From: the human T2T-CHM13v2.0 reference genome, Homo sapiens
Direction: 5' to 3' (one strand)
Length of the DNA stretch: 64,000 nt
Assembly: GCF_009914755.1 (NCBI RefSeq)
Contig: NC_060931.1
The notes beneath the pieces are model-generated. The model was not told the DNA's origin. It worked only from the letters and a program-made list of their open reading frames with translations, and made no database searches. The position numbers were made by a program, and so were the translations under genes. The stretch's first letter is position 1, and every line of letters starts with the position of its first letter. Below are positions 27,541-43,262 of the stretch, piece by piece.

Positions 27541-27889
27541 GTATTTTTCTACTTTTTATTGTGATAAAATAAACACAGTATAACATTTGCAACCTTAACC
27601 ATTTTAAAGTATACAGTTTGGTGATATTGAGTTCATTCACATTGTTATACAACCAACACACATCCATCTCCAGAACTCTTTTCATTTTGCACAAATGAAA
27701 CTCTGCAGACATTAAGCAATAACCCCTCCTTCACCCTCCCCGAGTTCCTGACAATCACCATTCTACTTTCTCTCTCTATGACTTTGGCTACTCTAAATAT
27801 CTCATATAAAATAGAAGCATTCAATATTTGTTTTTTGTAACTGACTTATTTCACTTAATGTAATGTCCTCAAAGTTCATCCATGTAGGG

Positions 27890-28071
27890 CAGGGGAGTCC
27901 AATCTTTTGGCTTCCCTGGGCCACATTGCAAGAACTAACACTAACGATAGCTGATGAGATAAAAAGAAAAAAAATTACACACAAAAAAATCTCATAATGC
28001 TTTAAGAATGTTTATGAATTTTTGGTGGGCCACATTCAAAGCTATTTTGAGCCACGGGTTGGACAAGCTTT
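27890..28071 (+). mobile_element. MER30, copy 2 (internally deleted)
   Basis: caggggagtccaatcttttggcttccctgggccac...ggttggacaagctt; TSD atgtaggg / ttgtaggg. Confidence 0.93.
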
Positions 28072-28214
28072 TTGTAGGGTATGTTAAATACATTCATTTT
28101 AAAGGATGAATAACATTTCATTGTATGCATACAACACATTTTGCTATTCTTCATCTGTCATGGACACTTGCGTTTCTCCCATGCTTTAGCTATTGTGAAT
28201 AATTCTGCTATGCA

Positions 28215-28691
28215 TTAGGATATAGAAAGGACTCCTCAAATTCAATAACAACAACAACCACAAAAAACCTGATTCAAAAACTGGCAAATTACTGAATAGA
28301 CATTTCTTCAAAAAAGGTATATACATGGCCAATTAGCACATGAAAAGATGTTCAGTATCACTAATCATTAGGGAAATGCAAATCAAAACCACAATGAGAT
28401 ATCATCTCATACCTATTAGCATGGCTACTATCAAAAAACAGAAAATGACAAATATTGGTGAAGATGTGAGGAAACTCCACTCTTTGGAGTATGATATGGT
28501 TTGGCTGTGTCCCCACCCTAAATCTCATCTTGGGTCCTTTCTATATCCTAATGCAAAGCAGCATTATTCACAATGGCTAAAGCGTGGGAGCAATGCAAGT
28601 GTCCAAGACAGATGAAGAGTAAGCAAAATGTGTTGTATGCATACAATGGAACATTATTCATCTTTTAAAATGAATGGATTTAACATACCCT
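28215..28691. other. Locally templated complex insertion (inverted + direct + inverted segments)
   Basis: 28215-28474 is the reverse complement of 29251-29516. 28480-28531 is a direct copy of 28727-28781. 28534-28691 is the reverse complement of 28076-28232. Confidence 0.9.
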
Positions 28692-28738
28692 GGTATGCAA
28701 ATATCTTCTGGAGACCTTGCTTAAGGCTCTTTGGAGTA

Positions 28739-29117
28739 TAATATTTGTTTGGCTGTTTCCCCCACCCCAAATCTCATCTCGAATTGTAATCTCCATAATC
28801 CCCACGTGTCAAGGGTGGGACCAGATGCAGGTAATCAGATCATGGGCATGGTTTTCCCCATCTTGTTATTGTGATAGTGAGTGAGTCTCAAGGGATCTGA
28901 TGGTTTTATAAGCATCTGGCATTTCCCCTGCTGGCACTCACTTTGGCCTGCCACACTGTGAAGAAGGTGCCTGCATCTCCTTTGCCTTCTGCCACGATTG
29001 TAAGTTTCCTGAGGCCTCCCCAGCAATGTGGAACTATGAGTCAATTAATCCTCTTTCCTTTACAAATTACTCAGTCTTGGGCGGTTCTTCATAGAAATAT
29101 GAAAACAGACTAACACA
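28739..29117 (+). mobile_element. THE1D-like MaLR solo LTR
   Basis: caaatctcatctcgaattgtaatc...gattgtaagtttcctgaggcctcccc...gactaacaca, with a perfect TSD GAGTA (28734-28738 / 29118-29122). Confidence 0.92.
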
Positions 29118-29735
29118 GAGTACATACCCAGAAGTGAAATTGCTGGATCATATAGCAATTAAATTTTCAGTTTTTTTAGAAATGGCCATACCGTTTTCCA
29201 CAGCGGCTATAACAATTTACATTCTCATCGACAGTGCACAGGGTTTCCAATTTCTTCACATCTTCACCAATATTTGTCATTTTCTGTTTTTTTTGATAGT
29301 AGTCATACTAATAGGTATGGAATGATAGATATCTCATTGTGGTTTTGATTTGCATTTTCCTAATGATTAGTGATGTTGAACATCTTTTCATGTGCTTATT
29401 GGCTACTTATATACCTTTTTTGAAGAAATGTCTATTCAGTAATTTGCCAGTTTTTGAATCAGGATTTTTGTGGTTGTTGCTGCTGTTGAATTTGAGGAGT
29501 CCTTTCTATATCCTAAACATTAATCCCTCGTCAGATATACGATTTGAAAATACATTTTGCTGTTTCAAAGGTTGCATTTTTATTCTGCTGATAATGTCCT
29601 ATAATGCACAGAGGTTTTTTATTTTCATGAAATCAAATATTTTTTCTTTTGCTGCTTGTGCCTTTAGTGCCATATCTAACAAATCATTGCCAAATCCAAT
29701 GTAGTGAAGCTTTCTCCCTATGTTTTCTTCCAAGA

Positions 29736-29951
29736 CAAGATTCTCCATCCTGTGGCCACATGCAGCCCAGGATGGCTTTGAATGTGACCCAAAGCAAATT
29801 TGTAAACTTTCTTAAAACATTATGAGATTTTTTTTTGCAGTTTTTTTTTTCTCATCAGCTATTGTTAGTGTTAGTGTATTTTATTCGTGGCCCAAGACAA
29901 TACTTTTTCTTCCAATGTGGCCCAGGGAAGCCAAAAGATTGGACACCCCTG
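29736..29951 (-). mobile_element. MER30, copy 3
   Basis: Ends gccaaaagattggacacccctg; TSD ttccaaga / ttctaaga. Confidence 0.93.
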
Positions 29952-32136
29952 TTCTAAGACTTTCATAGTTTAGCTCATATGTTTAGGTCTTTGATTCATT
30001 CTGACTTAATTTTTGTGTGTGGTTTGTTAGGTAAATGTTCAACTTCATTTTCTAGTAAGTGCATATCCAGTTTTCCTGCACAATTTGTGGAAAATACTGA
30101 CCTTTCTTTGCTGAATGGTCTTGGCATTCTTGTTGAAAATTATTTAATCACATATTTCTTGGCTCTCTGTTCTGCTCTGTTAGTCTATGTGTCTGTCTTT
30201 GTACTTGTGCTACACTGTTTACATTACTGGAGATTTGTAACAAGTTTTGGAATCAGGAAATGTAAGTCTTCCAAGTTCAAGTTTTCCTTACTTCTTCAAT
30301 ATTTGTTTGGCTATTCAGGGTCCCTTGATACTCTGTACAAATATTATGATAGATTTTTCTAAACCTTTGACAATCATCATTGGGATTTTGATAGGGATTA
30401 CATTGAATCTGTATAATTCTTTAGGCAATATTGGCATTTTAACAATATTAAGTCTTCCCAACCATGAAAATAAGATGTGTTTCCATTTATTTATCTCTTC
30501 TTTAATTTCTGTTGGCAATATTTAGTTTTCATTGTACAACACTTTTATTTCCAAGGTTACTTTCACAGGATTTTATTCTTTTTGATGTTATGAAAATGGA
30601 GTTGTTTTCTTTATTTCTTTTTTAGATTGTTCATTGCTAGTGTGTAGAAATGCATCTGATTTTTGCATGTGACTTTGTTTCCTGCTACTTTGCTAAATTC
30701 AGTCATCAGTTCTAACAGTTTCTCTTCACCCCCCTTGTGTGTGTGTGTGTGATCTTTAGAGTTTTCTACATATAAGATTATGTCATCTGTGAATGTAGGT
30801 GGTTTTAATTATTCCTTTTCCATCTATATGCTTTTTATTTCTTTTTCATGCTTAATTGTTCCAGCTAGGAATTCCAGTACTGTGTTGAATAGAAGTGGTG
30901 AAAATAAGTATCTTTACCTTGTTCCTGATCTGAGAGGAAATGTTTCATGTCTTTTACCATTGAGTATGATGTTCATGGTGGGTTTTTCATATATGGCTTT
31001 TATTATGTTGAGGCAACTTCCTTCTACTCTCAACTTGTTGAGTGTTTTTGTCACAAAAGCGTGTTCAATATTATCAAATGCTCTTTCTGTATTAATTGAG
31101 ATGATTGTGGGTTTTTTTCCTTTCATTCGGTTAAATGTGATGTATTATACCAATCAATTTCCATATGTTGTACCACGCTTGCATTTCAGGAATAAGTCTC
31201 AATTGGCCATGCTGTAGGATCATTTTAAGATGCCATTGAATTCTGTTTACTAATATTTTGCTGAAGACTTTTACATTGATGTTCATAATGAAAATTGGTC
31301 TGTAGTTTTCTACTCTTACAATGTCCTTGTTTGGCATTGGTATTAGCATAATGCTGGTTCCATAGATTGAGTTAGGAAGTATTCCCTTCCCTTCAATTTA
31401 AAAAAAAAATTTGAGAAGAATGGTATTAGTTCTTTAAATGTTTGATAGCATTCAGCAGTGCAGCTATCAGGTCCAGGGCCTTTTATTGTCAGGATAATGT
31501 TGATAACTGATTTAGTCTCCTAACTAGTTATAGGCCTATTAAGAATTTGTATCTACTTATTATTCAGTCTTAATAGGTTTTGCATTTCTAGGGATTTGTC
31601 CATTTTATCTAGGTTATTTTTTTTCTTGGTGTATAATTCTTCTTAGTACCGTCTCAGAATCTTTTTTAAAATATCTATAGACTCAGTGATAATCCTCAGT
31701 TTCATTTTGGATTTAGTAATCAAAAATAAGTCTTTACTGTTTATTTTGTTGTAGTCAATATAACTAAATGTTCGTCAATTTTTTTGATCTTTCAAAGAAC
31801 AAACTTTGGTTTTAATAAATTTTTTTATTATTTGTCTATCATCTCTTTTATTTACTGCTGCTCTTACCTTTGCTATTTCCTTCTGCTAGATTTGGGTTTA
31901 GTTTTTTTTTTTCTTTTTTCTTTAGTTGTAAACATAAGTATGTTGTTGATTTGAGATCTTTCTTTTTTTGTTTTTAGTTTAAGCATGTACTATTATAAAT
32001 TACTATTTAGCACTGCTTTTACCGTGTGCCATAAGTTTTAATATGTTGTGCTTTCATTTTCATTCATCTCTAAGTATTTTCTATTTTTCGTTGTGATTTC
32101 CCCTTTGATGCATTGATTGTTTAAGTGTCTGTTGTT

Positions 32137-32394
32137 GGCCGGGTTTGGTGGCAGGCAGACCACGAGGTCAGCGGTTCGAGACCAGCCTGGCCAACATGGT
32201 GAAACACCGTCTCTACTAAAAAATCCAAAAATTAGCCAGGAGTGATGGTGCGTGTCTGTAATCCCAGCTGCTCAGGAGGCTGAGGCTGGAGAATTGCTTA
32301 AACCTGGGAGGCGGAGGTTGTAGTAAGCTGAGATCACACCACTGCACTCTAGTCTGGGCGACAGAGCAAGACTCTGTCTCAAAAAAAAAAAAAA
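32137..32394 (+). mobile_element. AluS (Sg-like) with a ~37-bp left-arm deletion
   Basis: ggccgggtttggtggc joined directly to aggcagaccacgagg; TSD aag(t/c)gtctgttgtt. Confidence 0.9.
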
Positions 32395-32721
32395 GCGTCT
32401 GTTGTTTAATTTTCAAAAATTTTTGAATTTTCCAGTTTTCTTTCTGTTATTAATTTATAACTTTATCTTATTGTGGTTGGAGAAGATAATTTAATCATAT
32501 ATATCTTTTAAAAATTGATTGAGATTTTATTTGTCATTATATATTGTCTATCCTGGAGAATGTTTCAAGTGCATTTGGGAAGACTGTATTTTGTTGTTGT
32601 CCATATCTTGTTTTTATTTAAAACATTTAATTAAAAAAAATTAATTCACATATTTTGTGTTACAGAGTTTGGGATAAAATCTTTCTACACAATTTTCCAC
32701 CTTTAACAATACCATTTTTTT

Positions 32722-33131
32722 CCTGCATGTTCTCACTTGTAAGTGGGAGCTAAACATTCAGTACAAATGGACACAGAGAAGGGAGCAATAGACACCGGGG
32801 CCTACTTGAGGGTGGAGGGTAGGGGTAGGGTGAGGATTTAGAAACTATCCATACTACGGGAGGCTGTGACAGGAGAATGGCGTGAACCCGGGAGGCGGAG
32901 CTTGCAGTGAGCCAAGATCGCGCCACTGAACTCCAGCCTGGGCTGCAGAGCGAGACTGTCTCAAAAAAAAAAAAGAAAAAAAGAAAAAAGAAAACTATCC
33001 CTACTATGCTTATTACCTAGGAGACAAAATAATCTGTACACAAAACTCCAGGACAATTTCCCCATGTAACAAACTTGCACGTGAACCACCTGGACCTAAA
33101 ATGAAAGTTGGCAAGAAAAAAAAAAAAAAAA
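32722..33131 (+). mobile_element. L1PA/L1PB (older primate) 3' end
   Basis: catgttctcacttgtaagtgggagctaaa...ggggcctacttgagggtggagg...cccatgtaacaaac, then an A tail. Confidence 0.88.
32851..32990 (+). mobile_element. 5'-truncated AluY (right arm only)
   Basis: gagaatggcgtgaacccgggaggcggagcttgcagtg; TSD aaactatcc. Confidence 0.9.
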
Positions 33132-33703
33132 TGAAAAGTCAAAAAACAAACTAAAAAAATCGTATTTAATAAAAGCAACTTTTCTTTATATATTTAAACT
33201 TATATGTTTATCAATTTATTGTAAATTCTTATAAGTAATTTAAATATGTATCTAGGCTTGCTGGCACATAGCATTGTACTGTCTTCATATTAGCAGTTAG
33301 CAGTTATAACTACTGCAGTTTAAATGTGCTTTATCTTTTCATTCTTACATAAAAATATATTGGCAACCTAAGAAAATGTGCACAACATTTATATGAAAAA
33401 AGCTACAAGAATCTAATGAAATGAATTTAAAAGATTTAATAAATGGAAAAACATTCCATGTACATGCAAAGGAAGACTTTATATTGCCAGTAATCTATTT
33501 TTTTCCAAATTCATCTATAAAGTCAATGTAATCCCAATAAAAGTTCCAGCAAGTTATTTTGTGGATGGATATTGGTGAATTTATTCTGAAGTTTATTTAA
33601 GTAAAAGGTAAAAGACTAAGAATAGTCAACAACATTGAAGGAGGAAAAACAAAGTCAGTAGGCTGACACTATCTGACATCAAGACAGTATAGTATTAGTT
33701 TTT

Positions 33704-34006
<303 letters not shown>

Positions 34007-34132
34007 AGTATTAGTTTTTTAAAAAGACAAATAGATCAATGGAACAGAATAGAGAACCCAGAAGTTGACCTATGCAATTACTCTCAGTCAATCCTTGACA
34101 AAGGGGCAATGAGAATTCAATAAAGATGGGTA

Positions 34133-34428
34133 TTTTTTTTTTTTTTTGAGACAGTTTCTTGCTCTGTTGCCGAGGTTGGAGTGCTGTGGCATGATCACAA
34201 CTCACTGCAGCCTTGATCTCCCAGGCTCGCCCAATCCACCCACCTCAGCCAACTTGAGTATCTGAGACTACCAGCATTCACCACCAAGACCAGCTAATCT
34301 TTAAATTTTTTATTTTTTGTAGAGAATGGGATAGACTTATGTTGCCCAGGCTAGTCTCAAACTGCCTGGCTCAAGTGATCCTCCCACCTTGGCCTACCAA
34401 AATGTGGTGTGAGCCACTGCATTCAGCC
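34133..34428 (-). mobile_element. AluJ
   Basis: ctcactgcagccttga, ggctcaagtgatcctcccacc. Confidence 0.9.
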
Positions 34429-36536
34429 AATACTTTTAATAAATGGTGATGTTTCTGAATAAACTGGGCATACACATACCAAAACTGAAAAAAAATCTGG
34501 ACACAGACCTTATACCTTTCACAAAAACTAACTCGAAATGGATTGTCAGCCTAAAAGTGAAATGCAAAACCATAAAGCCTACTAGATGAAAACAGAAGGA
34601 AATCTAAGTGGACTTGGTTTTGGTGATGACATTTTGGATACAATATCAAAAACACAGTTCATGAAAGGAAAAATACATAAGTTGAACTTTATTAAAATTA
34701 AAAACTTCTGCTTTGCAAAAGCATTCCTTAAGAGAAAAAAAAGATTGTTGCAAAAAACATATCTGACAAAGGACTATCAAAAATATACAGAAGCCTTTAA
34801 AATTAAACAATAAGCAAACAAAAATCCAACTTTAAAAATGGGCAAAAATTTGAATATACACTGCACCAAAGAAGATATACAGATGGCAAATAAGCATATG
34901 AAAAAGTGTTCAACATCAAATACAATTTGGGAATTGCAAATTATGATAGAGATATCCCACTACATACCTCTTAGCATGGCTTAAAACAAAACACGAACAC
35001 TGTGAAAGGCTGGTGAGGATACAGTTCACCAGGAACTTTCCATTTACTTCTGGTGTGAATGCAAAATGGCACAGCTGCTTTGTGACATAGTTTGCAGTTT
35101 CTTTCATAACTAACATACTCTTACCATGTGATGCAGTAGTCATACTCTGGTATTTACCCAGATGAGTTGAAAAGTTGTGTCCTCACAAAAAGCTGAACAT
35201 GGACATTTATAGCAGTTTTATTCATAATTGCCAAAACTTTAAAGCAACAAAGATGTTCCTCAACAGGTGAATGGATAAAATAACTAGTATATTCATAATA
35301 TATAATACTATTTGGTGATTAAAAAATAAAGGGGCACAAAAAAACCATGCAGGAATTTTAAATGCATATGGCTTAGTGAAATCCTCAGTTTAAAAAAAGA
35401 CTACATACTGTATGATTTCAACTATTTGACTCTGTGGAATAGAAAAAAATCTATGGAGACAATAAAATCATCAGTACTTTCCAGGAGTTCCAGGAGTTGA
35501 AGGAAGAGGTAAATAGGGCATTTTTAAGGCAGTGGAACTATTCTGCCCAACACTGTAATGTTGGATACAAGTCATTATACATTTGTCATATCTCACAGAT
35601 TGTACACCAAGAGTGAACATTTATGTAAACTATGGATTTCAATTAATAATAATGTATTCAATTGTCTCATCAATTGCTATAAATGTACCACGCTAATACA
35701 AGGCATCAACTTTTACAGGCAAAAGAGAAATAGAAAAATAACGATAGTTATCTTTATTTTGTAGGAGAAAAATAAAGGAAAAGAAAGGAGAAATTGTAAC
35801 AGTTGTTCATCTGCTTTTCTTCCTTGCAAACTCGTTTCACATTAGAGGCCTTGCACTGATCTGAGCATTTTGTTTCCATGTGGACATAGTGTGGGTGATG
35901 TCTCTAGTACCACCTGACCATGCTGGCCTCTGCACTCTTGGTTCCTAGATTCTTTTAGAATGGGGAAAGAATCTATATTGTTGTGGAAACCAAAAAGTGT
36001 GATTACTACAGACCCACTTCTTGACAGTGTTCTCTTTTCTTCCACCATCAGGCACCTGCCCCTGACACACATGCATGCCACTGTCTACTAGAAACAGCTC
36101 CCTAGCTGACTGGTTCATAGCCCTCAAACTCATCTATTCGAAAATGAAACATGTTTCTTTAGCCCTTTTCTTTCTAAGGTTCTGGAAGAAAAGTGGGTAG
36201 TTAGTCATTTTTGTCTTGACCATTTTACCTTCCTTACGTAGACTTTGACATTAGAAATAAAGATATTTCTCTGGCCAGATCCTGTGGCCAATTCCAACGT
36301 ATAACATTTATTTAGTTATATCAAATGCCAAATATTCTTAAGATAAGTAATGGTTGTCTACTTTGTGCAACTATGAAGCCAACATATTATCAATTTGTAA
36401 ATGTGCTGTGGGTTTTGTAAAAGAAATGTATTATTTGCTTATATTATGCATAATAAAACATATAAATGTAGTAGATTTACATGATTATTTTCTATATTAC
36501 TCAGATCTTCTATCTACCAGTTTAATGCTTAAGTGA

Positions 36537-36861
<325 letters not shown>

Positions 36862-37054
36862 CATCTTCCTCTTTTAACAATTTTGAAATATACATGCAAT
36901 GCCATGATACTTTCTATTAGTTCCTTTGATTTCACTTCAAGACTTCTCCACCAACATAAAACAACAATTTTTGGTTATTTCTAAAGTTTTATTTTGTTTG
37001 AAGGGTATTATAATCATAATACCATATTTTCCTTACAATATGGAAGATAGAGTT

Positions 37055-37354
37055 GGTTTTTTGTTGTTTGTTTGTTGGTTTGTTTTCTTTTTTGTTTAAG
37101 GCAGAGTCTGGCTCTGTTGCCCAGGCCGAAGTGCAGTGTGCAATCTTTGCTCACTGCAACCTCTGCTTCCTGGGCTCTAGCCATCTTCCCTTGAGTAGCT
37201 GGGATTACAGGCACCCGCCCCAACGCCTGGCTAATTTTGCATTTTTAGTAGAGACTGGATTTCACCATGTTTGCCAGGCTGGTCTCTATCTCCTGAGCTC
37301 AAGCTGTCCACTCGCCTCGGCCTCCCAAAGTGCTGGAATTAGAGGTGTAAGCCT
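37055..37354 (-). mobile_element. Alu (Jb/S), slightly 5'-truncated
   Basis: TSD aagatagagtt (37044-37054 / 37355-37365). Confidence 0.9.
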
Positions 37355-38034
37355 AAGATAGAGTTTTAATTTTGCATATTTAAGAAAATATTTTATATAA
37401 CTTTAGAAGAAAGTCTTACAAATATCATGTGCTTGAATTTTGTTATCTTTTAAAAAATCAAAAGATTCTTTAGTTTCTTAATATAATTTATTTAAAATTT
37501 ATTTTTGCAACAGACAATTCAATAATCAGCATTTTTAAATTTCCCATTTTTAAGGCATTGCTGATTGTTTTATTTGCCTTCATTTTTTTCCCCAGAGTTG
37601 GAGAAGGTATAGAGTATTTTTTATAGATACTGATGGCTAAATGTATTTTTTTCCAAAATCATTTTTTGACAGCTATTTTCTTTCTCTCGTTATATGATCG
37701 AGTGAGTTCTTTCCATGAAATAAAGGAGTTTCTGTTTTATCTTCACTTACTCAACTTTAATTAAAATTTTTAATTTAAGCCATACCTACCTACAATTTAG
37801 AATTAAAGAGTTTTCACAAGAATAAAAAAAAAAAACAAAACAATAAAAAACAGAAATCTCTCAATACCATCCTGTATTCTATATTCCACAGAGCAAATCT
37901 GCTCAATTCTTTTAGATGCTGTAAATTTAAAAATATACATTTATTACTACATTTCTAAATGACATGCTGAAACTGGTGCAAATTTTAATTTTTTTGTTTT
38001 TGTTTTTGGTGTTTTCCATTGACCACCCATATAG

Positions 38035-38113
38035 AAGAGTGACAGAGAGAGAGAGGGAGAGAGAAAGAGATGGTTGGAGGAGAGAGAGAGAGAGAAAAAG
38101 AGAGAGACAGAGA
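38035..38113. repeat. GA-rich simple repeat
   Basis: Read directly. Confidence 0.9.
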
Positions 38114-39938
38114 AACCAAGAGGAATTTCATGTTCTCTCTATTTCATCAGGACTATGAAATACTAATAGTAAAAGAGGCATATTTTAGGGTTTAACGATT
38201 TTCATTCCTGCTCTTTTAATTTTCTCTAGTGTTAGTAATCATTTTTGAGAATTTGTTTCACTTTTTAAATAACTTATTAGTTAATTATTGAATCCCCTCC
38301 CAATTACTAGTGTTCTCTACAGATGTATTCAAATATATCAGACATTCTGTCATTTCCCTCCACTTGATAAAATTTCTTCTGGTGCTTTCTAGAACTCCTC
38401 CCAACAGGACAATATTTTCTTCAGACTTGCACACTGTCTTATTTTGGCCGAACATCATTTCTGCTAGCCTTGTGAAATATAAACAAAAGTTTGAAGCCTA
38501 TTTCTAAAAATAACTTTATTCTGATTTGATCATTTTGTGACAGTTTTATTGTGCAGAGTCTCTACCAATATGTAAGAATATGACCAAATGGTAGCATGTA
38601 CACTAATATGGCAAACATAATTCTTCTCATCTCAATTGAATGTTAAGTAAATTCTCTTACTCGTTTTTATGGCCAGCCCTGTTATAAGCTAGTAGTCCTC
38701 AAACTTTACATTCCTAAAATTATTAAGGACCTACAGAGATTTTGTTTACATGAATTATAGTGCTGATATTGACTGTATATAAAATTATGATAGAAATTTT
38801 AAAATATGTATTAATTCACTAAAAATTATAATAAACTGATTATATGTTAATGTTAGCATGTTTTAAATGAAAATAAATAATAAACTGATGATATACAAAT
38901 CATTTTATAGTATCATAGAAGTGTAATTGTTTTTATTTAAAATCTCGAGTTTGATTATATTATTTTCATCTGTCTTATCATAAGTGTCTTATGGATGTTT
39001 ATTCATGCCAGATAGCTCCAGTCCATATTTTCAATATTATCCTGAAGAAAAGTAATATAATTTTTACTGTCTTTTTTTTTTTTTTTTTTTACATTTTTGC
39101 AAGTCTCTTTAATGTCTGGCTAAATAGTAGAGCTGGATTCTGATAACTGTTCCTGCATTCAGATTGTTACTATGTATTGTTTTCACTGATGTATAGGAAG
39201 AAATACTGGCTTCACACAGATGTGTAGTTGAAAGGGGGAAGAATATTTTATTGGCTTTCTCTAATATTTCAGCTCTTCTTTGAGATTTTACTAAAACACA
39301 GCAGGTGGTAGTTTTTTAAAAGGTGTATTGTAGAATCTAAATCCGTATTAATAACTTTTTCACACTCTGTTACATTGAAATTCAGTGTATATTTTGCATT
39401 TTGAATGGATTATTTTACTCATGTACAACTAGGTAATTTCATTCATTAATGATTTGGAAAATATGGATTTACTGATTTATTCATCTCTGAAATCTTGACA
39501 CATAAAAATATGTGTATAAAATATTATGGTTATTAATATCATTACCAATATCATCAGAAAGGTGTAAGTTTTAGAAAGCTGCCTACTTCAAGGCGGCCAA
39601 TTCAAATTTTGAAAACTTCTACAATTTTACCTTGATAGTTAATAATTTTATCATTTGCAAAAAATAATAATAATAAAATACTGTCAGTTGTTTTCCTGGA
39701 AGTGACAACCTCTTTTTTTATTCTCAAAAAAAAAATCTTTCTAAATATCCAAGTCTGAATGGCCTTATTTTGTCTGCCATTTTTTTCTTTCAATTAAAAA
39801 TAGTATTCCATGAAAAAAGCAACCAGTCTAGTTTACAACTCAGTCTACATGTGTTTTCATGGAAATAAACATTGAGCAGCAGAAGTGTTTTATCTGTAGT
39901 CCCATTTTGTCAAACCAAATATATAAAAAGACATATAC

Positions 39939-40251
<313 letters not shown>

Positions 40252-40528
40252 GACATATACTTGGGGATGTTTCTTAAAAATAATAACTTTCACTGCTTCA
40301 TCAAGATTGAAAATATTCCTAAATGAAATTGGCATCTTTTTTTTTTATTTTTTAAATTCCAAGTAGATAGCAGTTAAGAAAATAGTGACTATTTGTAGAG
40401 CTTGTTGCCACTGCCATGATTTATGCTAAGATGTACAAATCACGCACTATTGCTTTGGTAACATCAGAGAAAATGTCAACACAGGAAAATGGCAAACACT
40501 TAGTATTGATATAGAAATAATTTTAACC

Positions 40529-40958
<430 letters not shown>

Positions 40959-41334
40959 TCATAATTACAGCATTGATGATAGAAATATACAAATCATTTT
41001 ATAATATCATTTCATAGTATCATAGAAGTATAATTTTTATGATTTAAAATCTGAAGTTTTATTATATTATTTTCATCTGTCTTATGAATGTTTATTCACG
41101 CCAGATAGCGCCAGTCCATATTTTCAAGTGAGTTTTTACATTTTTGATTATTTTCCTGGCTATTTTAGTGAAAATGTAGAGAACTGGAATTGACATTTTT
41201 AACCAGATACTATTTTGAGTTAGAAGTGATTAAATTTTGGGGAACAGTATTGGTTCAGTACTCAGCAAATGCGAACATACATGATGATATGCAAATAAAC
41301 CTCAGCCAGTGGAGGAGACTCAACTACAGCATTC

Positions 41335-41630
<296 letters not shown>

Positions 41631-43099
41631 TACAGTCAGCACTCTTGAACACATACGGACCTACGGAATCTCTTCACAGAGTTTGTTTCTTCATGTCTCA
41701 AGTGTTGAACAGGAACATGACCACATGCCCAGAAATTATATAGACTCTGTATTATATATCATATATGCTAACTGCTATCTTTATACCGTAGTACAATGGA
41801 AGAGTGGCCGCAGGGGCCAGAGGAAAGGCAGCACAATCACACAGGCGGACAGTTGGAAGCTTGCATCAGTTGAGAGAATGGTAGTTTAATATATTTTAGT
41901 CTATCGCCTCTCACACGTGAGATAATCCAAAACCTCAGTAAATACATTTAAATATGTAAACTATAATAAGCAGAAATGAGTTTTAAAAGGCTTAATGATA
42001 CTTAAACTAGTTATTTAGAAGTGCAAATTTCCACATTTATCCAAGATCATCAAGCCTCCAGCAATGACTGATTGGGCTACCCTATGTGCAATGCCATTTA
42101 AAAGCAATAACTTGAAAATATTCAATGAAATATGGCCTTTTTCCTTTGCAATCTATAATTAAAATGTCAATTTTATCTCAGTAATCTATGTACATTTACA
42201 TTTAGAATGAGCAAATTAAGTTTTTATTATAGCCTGGAGTACTTATTGTTCCTTTTTATGTTTGGGCATTTTTAAGGGAAGAGGAAAGAATGTTAAACCA
42301 GAAAAGCATTTGAAAAATGACCCCTGCAACTGGTAATAATGTAGCAAGTGTAACTTTGTAAGATGACATGTAGGTGGTTATTCAAAACCATCACAGTATT
42401 AGATGCAAGAGGGCTAGTTTAAACATAGGAAAGCCAATAGCACTATAAGTGAGCATTTATTTTCAATGGTCATAATTTACATGCTATAAAGGAGCCATCT
42501 GAGAAAATGTGTTAGTGTGCACTGCAGAAGAGTAGTCAGAAGATAAAAATCAGCATAGACTTTTAAAGTAACTCTATCTTCCATTTAAGGGTATTTTGCT
42601 AGTCATAGCAGCTGGGAAAACTCATTAAGTTACTGGAAATGAGCCTAGCTCTGCCTTTATTATCAGTGCTGTGATAAAGCCTCCCGGACTGCAGGAAAGA
42701 ACTGTTAAAGAAAGGGCTGTGTGGCACTCATTTTTTATAGAGTCGCATGTTTTTGTAATAACAAATGTAGTTATAAAACACAAGATGTTTTTCATTCCCA
42801 AACTGGTTGAAGGGAGAATCTTGGAAAGGGAGGAATTTATGTTAGGTGCAATTTGCATATTGCAGGAAGATGCTTTACATATTTATGTTCTCCCTTCTTT
42901 GCGAGTGCTGATTTCCAAGTAATGCTGCTGCCAGTATCTTTTGTCCAATAGTAGGATTGAGTGGAGGTGGAAGAGTAGATGGAATGAGAGCAGGACCTTA
43001 AATCAGAGGTAACCCATCTTTCTCCATAATGCAACAGTGAATTCATGAGGAGAGTATGGATTTGGGAAAGAAAACATTGCTATATGCAAAGTGTTTCAA

Positions 43100-43262
43100 A
43101 TTATTATTCTCATTCTACAAATAAAGAAAACGAAGTGAAGGGTCTAATAAAATGCCTATACGCAGTGCCTAAATGCCTTTACTGCACTTAACTAAGTGCA
43201 GTAAAGATGGATTCAAACCCAGACCCTCCTGATTCTGAAGTCCATATTTCTGGCATTGGCCC
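43100..43262 (-). mobile_element. MIR fragment
   Basis: ttattattctcattctacaaataaagaaaac...ggattcaaacccag. Confidence 0.55.

Larger units (their letters stand above)
27545..32605 (-). mobile_element. L1MB-type, ~5 kb antisense (3' UTR to mid ORF2), with nested insertions and an internal rearrangement
   Basis: Minus-strand ORF2p peptides [40 protein letters not shown] and ENYRPIFIMNINVKVFSKIL. Confidence 0.93.

Noticed and set aside
32808-32831. G-quadruplex motif GGGTGGAGGGTAGGGGTAGGG
   Set aside because: The ordinary G-rich tract of L1 3' UTRs; not locus-specific.
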